Below, piece by piece: positions 12,206 to 21,638 of a DNA stretch of 64,000 nt (positions within the stretch are counted from its first letter, which is position 1; every line of letters begins with the position of its first letter). The notes beneath the pieces were generated by a model. That model ran no database searches and was not told where the DNA came from. It saw only the letters and a program-made list of their open reading frames with translations. Source of the DNA: Raillietiella orientalis (Eukaryota); assembly GCA_036172245.1 (NCBI GenBank), contig JAYWIR010000006.1:124001-188000 (forward strand). Reading direction: 5' to 3'. The translations under genes were made by a program, and so were the position numbers.

Positions 12206-13523
12206 TCTCCCGGAAGCTGCGTCGCGCAGGACTTCTTCACGCAGTGCGGCGCGGCTTTTTGCCATTCTGGGCGGATGCTTGAAGTTTTGTGTCCCCTGAA
12301 ACGCCCGCGAGATCTTTTTTGGGCGTGCCACTTTGCGGCGGAGCGGCGTTTCCACCAACAACGCGGGAGAAGTTTTCGGCGCGTGCGGCGAAGACGCGGG
12401 GAGATTGCTAGCCCACCGTTTCCGCTTAAGCTCGACGCACTCATTGATCGAGTGGTCAAGCATCTTACAATAGTGGCAACTGCACGTTGGGCACTTCCGG
12501 GGACGGTGGCACTCTTTTCCGCAGTTGCCGCATGCCGATCGCTGGCCGACAAACCGAAGAAACACGACCGCGTCACCAAGCTGGAGCTGCGAAGGCAGTA
12601 GCCTCCGATCCAGCATGGTAACGCGCGGTGTGGCGAGTTTGCTATGGGGGGACGGGACTCTTTTTATCGGGTTCGGGCGCCTCCACAACGCGTACACTGT
12701 GGCGAACGCCTCCAGCGGGCGTTATCAGTTCGCGGTCCGATATCCCTTGCCGGATGTTGGAGTTGGACCACGAAGGACAGGTTCATGCCTGCGGGAACGA
12801 CCTCCTTTCCCCGGATCTTCAGCGGGGTTCGGAGCAGACGCTGGAAGAGGGCTGCGTCTTTGCAGTGAACCTCCCAGTCTCCGGGCACGCTCACCGACTT
12901 TATGGCCAGGAGGTCGTTCTCGCTTGTCATCCGGTTGCGCCGGGGCGTTTTATTCTTTCGAACAAACATTTACAAGATCAGTGGCTGGACCCATGGTCCA
13001 GCCACGCCTTAGATATTGGCAGTCTGCCGGGTCACCGGTGCGCAGACCGGTGCGGTCCACCTTGGCAGCAGAGGAGAGGAGGCAAAAACAAAAAAAAAAA
13101 AAATAACTGGGGAGGGCACGGGAAGGGATCACAGTCTGCTGGCTTACGAGGTCGTGCTCGCGGATACCGACGCATTTCAGTTCGCTCCATAGCTGGTCGC
13201 CCGCCCTGTGGGAAAACAAGGCACTTACCTTGTAGCAGAGCGCGAACTTGTAGCCTTGAGCTACGTACGCTCGCAGCTTTGCCTCGTCGGGGGTCGCGCC
13301 GTTTGCCACCGCGGCCTTAGCAACGGCGGCAAAACTTCTCTCCGGTGGCTAGGCACAATTGGCAGAGTCCTGCATTCATTCCGAAAAAGGTCCTGCTAGG
13401 CAGGCTGCTTCCTCCACCTCTACCCCCATCATGTGCTGCGTTTTCGCCATTTTCTTCCGAAATAGGCACCACACACACAAAAAAGGAACAGCAGAAAAAT
13501 TCCCTAGACGGAGCGCAACAATG
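12206..13523 (-). mobile_element. LINE 5'UTR and ORF1 with zinc knuckles, interrupted by a solo 3'UTR (copy F, about 12925-13140)
   Basis: LLPSQLQLG..RFVGQRSACGNCGKECHRPRKC..CHYCKMLDHSINEC (two CCHC knuckles, Tx1/L1 ORF1 type); 12925-13140 is homologous to 9150-9356 in reverse. Confidence 0.85.
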
Positions 13524-14165
13524 CACATCCGAGCAGTAGGAAGGAGGTGGCTGCACGGGATATGGATGCAAATTGCTACAGGTGAGGCGAGGAGACCCTG
13601 CTGCACCTTCTGCTGGATTGAGCCGGACGAGTCAGAAGCCGGCTTCTGACTCCTTCGGGATCAATTCTCGACGATCCTGGAGATCCCGGGTGCGACCCCA
13701 AAGACATTGTACGAAACCTCTTCATGCGTCTCGTTCTTCCGCCAGCAGCGTCCCTAGCATTTCCCAGCTGCGAACGCGGAATTGTGGCAGTCGGGAAGAA
13801 GAGGCCGGAATGACAGGGGCGCCATTCATTGGGCAAAAAAAATTTTAAACACCGCCTCCAGATGGCCCCAGCTGGGAGAAAAAACAACAGATATAGTCAG
13901 CATCCCGCACAGGATGCAAAGGACGACCCGCGGCGAAATGTGGTCCCTTCCCTGGCAGCCCCCCTTCCCAGAAAACTCTTCCTCCCTTTGTTTATTTTTC
14001 GGTTTTTCCTTTCTCGTCGCTGCGGAAACGCACCCCGCCGGTTTCCGTACCGGTGGTGACAAGTTCTTCGCATGTGCTAGAACGAAGTGCCATACTATTA
14101 TGTTGTAATTGACTCGACTTTTATTGTTTTAACAGTATATGCCGCATCAAACCTGGGTGAAAAAT
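13524..14165 (+). mobile_element. LINE 3' fragment (copy G)
   Basis: Degenerate zf-RVT (LHGIWMQ..CCTFC), GTGGTCCCTTCCC after the coding end, conserved hairpin at about 14037-14056, CTGGGTGAAAAA terminus. Confidence 0.7.
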
Positions 14166-14520
14166 TGCGCGGGACCCGAGTGCCCTGGTCGTCCAGCAAG
14201 CTGGCTGACCCGGATTCCAGGGTTGCCTCTCAGCTCCCACTCTATACACTGCAAGCCGCTGCACTTTGGGTGTTCTGCTATAACGGCGGACACGCGGGTA
14301 CTCCTGCTCGTTACCAACACCGCCGAAGCAGGCAAGTAGGCGGTCCATGGGGAACTGCTGGCGGAACTTTCGGACAGAGCGCTTGAAGCTGTCCCAATTT
14401 TCGGGTTCCTGCAGCCTGAAAACCTGCAGGACCTCGCGGAGGTGTTCCGCGGCTCCCGGGAGGTTCATACAGTCCCTGGAAGACTCCGCACATCCGATGA
14501 AGAACCCCGGTCGCGCGGCC
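14166..14520 (-). mobile_element. LINE ORF2 EN-RT linker fragment
   Basis: RPGFF..WDSFKRSVRKF resembles the conserved post-EN linker of L1/Tx1 ORF2; GC-rich like the other LINE pieces. Confidence 0.6.
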
Positions 14521-14862
14521 AAACTTCCACAAAAATGCAGGGTACTGTGGATCCTTCTCTACCGACGAAAGCCTATACTACGAAAAACTAATATGGTTGC
14601 GTGCTCACATATCCACAGCCGTTCCTAAACTAGATCCTTACGCTCTGGTAAACCCGAAGAATGGATAATCAGCACCACATAAAGTAATGGAATAAAAGAG
14701 AGGGTTTCCCTCCTCTCAATTATTCACTACACTGGCGCAGGCAGCGTAGAGGCGAAGCATTCCATTGAGTAAGCTATATGCGAGATATACATAGCGATAG
14801 CACGACTGCTCATACGTAGCTGTAAGAAATTACCGAATAGTGAGATGTAGCTTTTTCTTGCA
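14521..14862 (+). pseudogene. Possible 3' end of a partitivirus-like RdRp segment (EVE3a)
   Basis: Disrupted frame NFHKNAGYCGSFSTDESLYYEKLIWLRAH..KRGFPSSQLF followed by a UTR sharing an ATTACC-N-GTGAGAYG motif with the 3'UTR of the adjacent capsid block; no catalytic motif present. Confidence 0.35.
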
Positions 14863-14885
14863 GGTAGAAAATACAGTTATCCAAA

Positions 14886-15772
14886 ATGGAAACTGCCGCA
14901 GCAACCAGCACACTAAAACGCCTACGACCCGACGGTACAGCGGATAAGACGGATGACCCGGTTGTCATTAGTTAGTACAACCGCCAGAGTCACCTCGCAC
15001 AGCGCCCCCAAGCCCATGCACGGAACTGACTTTACGGAGCGAGCTGCCCGAAACGTCACCGGTCCTCACCCATACGTCAACCGCAGGAAATAATACATCT
15101 CTGAGCAGACGCGAAGTCATTCTTCGCTGAATTGTATGATACTCTCACCGGCGTCATTTACGAAGGGGACGGTATCATTAGCGACCTCATAGATACGGGA
15201 ACTTTCCTCCAAGTGAGCCGCGAACTATACATCATGCGACTACAATTAGTTTACCAAAAGTTCACCGGACTTAGACTCCTAGGTAAGATCCCCTTCTAAC
15301 CGAAGTTCAAGATGCCTATGTGCATGGCCATAGTGATAAACAGTTATGGTGTGACAACCATCAAGGCCGCACAGTAGTGTACCCCAAACCGGAGAGTGAC
15401 CTCCAAAACAAGGATGAAGAAAGTGATCTTCATCCCACAGAAAGAGACACCGTGGGATTCTCGCGACTAATCCGATCGCTCGAAGGTCGGAATGTCATTC
15501 GAACAGGAATATTGAGTTCCTCGATGAATGGCACTCCTGCAGGGCTAATCGGAGCGCTCCAGATGGGACAGCTCTCTACACCCGCGAACATCGCAAGTTC
15601 GACGGTGATAGCAGCTTGTACCACTGCAAACTTTGCCCCAATAGACGCATTCCTAAGTGCGCTAATGGTCAACCAGCAGAGCGCAGTCCTCTTCGGCGGT
15701 GCTATTCAATGCATTAGCTCCATGATCAGTGGAGTCGGAGCCCTACGATCGGACTTCATTATGAACGCGTGA
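14886..15772 (+). pseudogene. Partitivirus-like capsid protein EVE (EVE3b), about 295 codons with stops and frameshifts
   Basis: Reconstructed FAELYDTL..FLQVSRELYIMRLQLVYQKFTGLRLLGKIPF..MPMCMAIVINSYG..VYPKPE..FSRLIRSLEGRNVIRTGILSS..GT..PIDAFLSA..GVGALRSDF matches my recollection of arthropod partiti-like capsids; intronless. Confidence 0.65.
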
Positions 15773-15899
15773 ATAAACCAGTGCATTCATCAACACTCAG
15801 TGATTACCTGAGTTGTGAGACGGCAAGTGAAGGAAATTTCTTCGCGACAATACGTTCCAAGTGGCCATCTCCCACACACTTTCGTACACGCTTCGGCTG

Positions 15900-18800
15900 T
15901 GCATATACTAAAGTTCTACGCAAAGAAAACGTGAACTTTGCAAAACACGCTTTCGCGTATTCTTATTCATCCAACAACCTAATCCCATCAAAGTCCTCAG
16001 AATCAAAATGTGGCAAAGTGGATATCCACGATATCTTCACAAGGGTGTTCGACAATCAGCATATAACGCTCTGCCCGGCATTTATACATCGAGTGCGGCT
16101 CCTGCAGTATAAACCTGCAACTGTACCTCTAAGTGAATGCCCTGCGCCTTTGATGGTCTCATGTTGGCATTCCTCTGAGCAAGCACTCGGACGGTTCCCT
16201 ACCAATGGTTAATTCGTATCCATGAAGACGCGATTCGTGCTTTTCATTCAGATTTGTTTGCGGACTCTACGCCTTCCATCAGAATCTTGCTCCGCTTCTT
16301 GGAACGCACCTGCCCGTGCTTGAGCCGTCGCTACACAATGCAGTGCCGTCTTTCAGCATGTCACAATCACAAGAGACCTAACTTTCACACATTTTCCATG
16401 GTGCTTCAACAAATACACCCTAATAATACTTACCTTTTTGTTACTGGTGAAAAGTTTAGAACAAAGCAACATACGACAAACTCCCGTCGGAAAAACTCAA
16501 ATCGGACCCGCAAGCAGATTGCAGCACGAATTGCTCACCCCTCTCTCGAAACCACAACCGCTTCCACCACCTTGAGCACGAGATACACTGGGAAGCTCAG
16601 TACACAAAAAACTAAAAATCACTTTCAGAGCACGAAAACGAACACAATACATCCCGGTAAACGAATCCAAAGTAAAGAAAATACATCCTCTAAAGATAAA
16701 AGTACAAAAAAGCATAGAAGGCATTGTGTGACTGCTTGGCTTGAATTTACTTACGGACGACATAAAGAATGTCTGTCACTTCAACCATAAATACAATGGC
16801 TGTTAAACACTATGACATACCACATACCACGTTTGACCAAGTGAAAGTCTGACACAACAATGTTGAGCACAGATAGACTGGGAATTTCTTACATTAACAT
16901 TTGTCCTACACATAATTAAATGTGAACTTTGCTTACTTAATGCTAGAACTTATGATGGGATCATTTCATTCATGTTTGCATTTTTGAGTCACTAGTAACA
17001 GGGGTAACAATGCATTTCATAATGAACATATTTTTGAAACAAGTTTGCTTTGAAACACATTAATGCCTGTTTCAATTTCAAATCATGTTCTTTGTTATTC
17101 TTGCATCTTCCATACAAAGAAAACAGAAAACACCTATGGGAAGAAAATCAAGGTCAACAACAAAACATTTCGCATTGACAACCACTTTCTGATAATATTG
17201 ACTATAGAAGCATATCCGAATTCTGCATTGGATGCCCACTGCTCACATCAATGAACACAAAATTACAAGCTGTAATAAAGAACTTTCTAATGTGAACAAT
17301 AGTTGAACAGTTCACAGGCTGCATAAACAACTGTATTTGACTAGGAAGCCCATATACCAAATTAAATACAACATGTGGCTAACTGAATGAATAAATATGC
17401 CCACAATGGAAAAGGTCAACATGTACCTTGTATTCCAAATGGTGTAAATTCCAACAAAGTAAATCAGATGTAAATTTCAGATTCACATATGGAAGCAGCA
17501 TCACAACATCCCATTCATAACAATTGCATTAACAGAAACATAACAGTCTATTCAACAAGACTTCACATGAGAACTTTTCTAAGAATGAGAAACCTTTAAC
17601 AATATATAGCCTTAGCAGTCATGATTCTGTACAACACAGCTTTTAATGAACTTTGCTCATCACAACAGGAGCAATAGCACATGAAAACTGAAAAACAACA
17701 AATGACTAATATGTCTGAGGGAGATGAGTCTAGCCAACACCTGGTGATGTGCTGTAGGTCACTCTAGTGGCTAACACCAACAGACTGGCAACAACAGAGT
17801 ATTTGTGTCTCCAAATACTCGAAAGGCACTAGGAAGGTCACATAGGGTCTTACATATTCAGAGGTAGCAACTTCTTCAACTTCAAGAGCCTTAGCAACCT
17901 CTTTGTGGCAACACATTCAATCTTATTTAACGGAACTCAGAATGGCTATGGAAACATTCCTCCTCAAAGTCAAAGAGTACACCTCACATTCAACACATGT
18001 TCAACAAGACCACCAGCCAACCCACTGTAAATTATATGATTTTCAATCGACTTCTTGATAAAAAAAACACAAACTTAATCTTCAAGATCTGAAATTCACG
18101 AATGTTAACCTACAAAATTGCCTCCATCATTAAAAACTGATTCAGATTTGAATGCAAAAACAATTTCGCACACATAATCATAGAGACTGTCTGAAACCCT
18201 CAAGTGGATTCATTTAGTTGCTTTTGTTCTCGATAGAAAAAACAATATATACTGAAGCTTCAAATCAGAAGGCTATCTAATGCATATGACATTCAACGAA
18301 AACTCAGTTAGTTTGTTAGAATTCAAAGTATATTGCCATGCAGCTGCTTCTTCTTAAAAGCGGTTTTACTATGTGTCAGCAAATGACCTCTGTGTTTGCA
18401 AAAATACAAATTCAAATACTGTACACATTAACCCAATGATTTTACAAAATTGCCAACAATACAGTAATTAAAAAATGATAGCCATAAGAGTGAATTCTGG
18501 AATACAAAACATATTTCATAACCAGATGTTTCCAAAAATCACAATGGCATTCGATGTTGTACAGCTATTGATGAAACAAAAGTCTCAGTTCTTGAAATCA
18601 AACATTCAGTGCATTTGCATTGCCAAAAACATGAACTTCAACAATGTAGATCAGGTGTAAATTTCAGGTTCATATATGAGAAGCATCACAACATACCATT
18701 CAAAACAAGTGCATTGACAGAAATACAAACTCATAGTCATCTGCTCAATGAGATTTCATGATAGAACATTTCTGAGAATGGGAAACCTTAAAAAACATAG

Positions 18801-19658
18801 CCCCCATAGTGTAATGAAACACCTTTGTTACCGACTACACTAAGCAGCACCACAGAAGACTGACTGTGAACTCTTGATTGATTGATTTTCTTTACTTTCC
18901 AAATAACAGGATGCATAAAATGTATATGTATTCTTAAATAAAAGCATATATCACATTCACTAGCTCACTTCCAGCATCAGTTGATGGCACTGATATCAAA
19001 AGCCCGCACTATCTCTGTTGACCTCTAATGAGACAAACCAAAAATCTCGGATGCAAACTGCCAGATCAACAACAAACCTCAGATGTTTCCATTTGTGCAG
19101 CCAAACTTTTGATTAGACATAAGCTCACTACACATTGTCTAGTCTAGTATACCTCCCAACATACGATGTCGAAGCAAACTATTTACGAAAGCTCTTGTGG
19201 AAAAGGAATGGCGGCACTGTTGGTAACATTGAGCCAATAATTACCAAACATGAATTTTGGATTGTTCCACATCCTTTGTCAGTCTCACCTCTTCCAACAG
19301 GCAAATGAAATTTCGGAAAACCCCATGCTAAGTTACTCCTCACTACAACATCCACTACAATACCAACATTTCCAATGTTATTAACGCATACATTAGGGAA
19401 GCATTTGCAAATCTTTCTTTGTATTAATGGATAGTGACTTCCATAATTTGCCAGCAAACTTCTGAAATGCTCATTTTGAGAATAATAAAGGGTGGTTTTT
19501 CAATAACAAGTCACATTCCACGGATAAGTGGGGTAAACTTACGTACAGTACGATCCAATTGATCAGAACACTCGGAGTCTTTACACAATGGTGGGAACAT
19601 AAAACAAATAAAGTGTTTGCATACTAGGACCTACGTTGCTGACAATAAACACGGAAGG
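15900..19658 (-). ncRNA. Candidate multi-exon spliced non-coding transcript (lncRNA, snoRNA host or piRNA-cluster leader); 3' end undefined
   Basis: Pyrimidine start CCTTCC at 19658; GT-AG introns 19634-19579, 19542-19462, 19391-19343, 19288-19217 and further donors; first ATG in joined exons gives only a 6-codon ORF. Confidence 0.45.
17463..18802. repeat. Diverged direct duplication of about 150 bp (17463-17611 and 18650-18802)
   Basis: TCAGRTGTAAATTTCAGRTTCAYAT..GCATCACAACAT..GAGAAACCTT/GGGAAACCTT..ATAGCC present twice. Confidence 0.8.
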
Positions 19659-20171
19659 CCACGACGGGGCGGATTGCTTTCCAAATCGGATTCTTAACTA
19701 CTACGAATAATTAATTAGGCCCCTACAAATCAATACGTTGCACAATCTGAGAACAGACGCGTGCATCATGGAAATCCCAAAAGAGCATTCTCACTTCAAT
19801 CAGTTCGCTTGGCGGACCTTCGTTCGTCTTTCCCTTGCCCAAGCTCCGCACCAGCCACGAATAGGAAGACCAAGAAGATGCACCCTACCGCTCCCTTACT
19901 TATTTTACGCACCTTTCCCAAGGATGCCAAATCCTCAAAAACGGGAATCGAATGCGAAAGCATGCACACCACTTTAATTCAAAGATTTTAATTATTTTCC
20001 TGAAAATCTTTAAAAACAGAATTCACCAGAAAAACGAATTCAATCACAATTCTAAAGAAATAAGGAACTTGAGGGAAACGCAGGAGCATGAACAGACTGA
20101 CTCCGACTTTTACTGAAATAGGGTTTAGGAATCTGCTGACCACCACGAAAACCAAATGGTGTCATGAAGAC

Positions 20172-20960
20172 TTAACCTGCTAAGCGAGGTTGACGTATAT
20201 AAACGTTTTGTAAAGACTCCAATGTGGTGCACTTGACGAATATATACGCAGTGTGAAGAACAAATTACCCTTTGCTATCAAAATACGAAATTTTATGAGA
20301 AGGTTGAAACAATCTCGTTTATATGTGTATTTTACTTATATTTTGATAGCAGGACTGCAATGTGCAATGACCTTATTAATTTTTTATCAAAACATTTTTG
20401 AAGTGATGTAAGGTATGCCAACCAAAAACACAACTTCTTCTTTCTAATTTGTATGCAAGGCAATAAATTAAAATTCATTTTTTGAAGAAACGAGCAAGGA
20501 TGAGAAATTGGCATCCAACAGACAACACAGAAATGAAATGTTTTACCCCAGTATTGATGTCGCAAGATATTGTCAGAAAGCCAAAACTTGAACTGTTTTC
20601 TCTAAAGGAGAAAGTATATCCACTCCTTTCTTTAGCAAAGTGATGTCTCATCAAAGATTTTTGTTACTTTGCAAGTTGATTCATTCTGAAGATAACTAAA
20701 ATATGACTTCAAGAAGCAAAATTTCTAAAATAGAAACTGCTTGGGAAAATATTCAACATAAATGCATATATATTCCAGCACAAAACATTTGTGTTGATGA
20801 ACCCTTGCTGCTATGGAAAGGGCGATTGTCTTGGAAGCAGTATACACCCTCTAAAAAAAGTCGTATTGGAATGAAATTTTTTCTCTTATGCGGAAATCAA
20901 TCTGGATATATTTGGAAATACTCTAAAGATTTCTAAACAAAGTTCGTAGTTGAAAACGGC
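20172..20960 (+). mobile_element. piggyBac DNA transposon remnant (PGBD4-like transposase fragment)
   Basis: TTAA-CC left end at 20172; ICVDEPLLLWKGRLSWKQYTPSKKSRIGMKFFLLC..SGYIW is the first catalytic D region of piggyBac transposases. Confidence 0.88.
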
Positions 20961-21638
20961 CAAGAGCAGCTTGTGTTTCTTAATAATTTTGGGCTTATAC
21001 ATCTGTATACATGACTCCCCAATCTTCAGAAATTATTCCCCTTTTCCTTGTGGCAAAAATCCATTCAACAGCTGTAGCTGTATGTCCAATTTTCATCCAC
21101 ATCTTCTGATGGAAAAATTGCTTTGAATCAACTGATTTAGAGTTGTTGTGGCTTAACCTCGGGATAGTATCGGTCTTATTGAGCAAGTGGATGATTGATG
21201 TGTGGTAGCTTCAGTTCATCAATTTGTTTACGTGCAGATTTTGCCGACTGTCATCAAATTGGCACGAAATTGGCTTCGTGTGATAAATTTTTGTAGCAGA
21301 CATATGAGAACTGCCTCTGATTAAGTTCAGGATCGAAATCTTGAGCCATTCGTCAAATTTCTTCTTCACATATATCAGAATGTTGTTTACCAGTTTGTGA
21401 AGTGCATGAAGACAGTTATGATTAAGCCGTGTTTCTGGCGCTCATTTACACTATTCTTTTATCATAACTAATCTGCTTTCGTGATGAGTGAACGGATTAA
21501 CCCTGCTTGCTATCCTTGTATTTTCTAAGGTCTATATAACCAAGAAACAAACTGAATCGCTCAGGAATACATCTTTTCTATAGCACTACAGTAATCATTT
21601 CTAAGGTGGACTGCATTGAAGAACACCTGATGGTATCT

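Noticed and set aside
7770..14165. Recurring AATAAACGCCCCGG..CCGGGTG motif as a CRISPR-like repeat or snRNA
   Set aside because: Irregular spacing, both strands, and it sits at the end of LINE 3'UTRs; eukaryotic context
18250..18345. C/D snoRNA suggested by minus-strand ATTAGATAGCCTTCTGA
   Set aside because: No convincing box C and no exact rRNA complement that I could confirm
21497..21512. TTAACCCTGCT as the piggyBac right end
   Set aside because: Same orientation as the left end, so not an inverted terminal repeat
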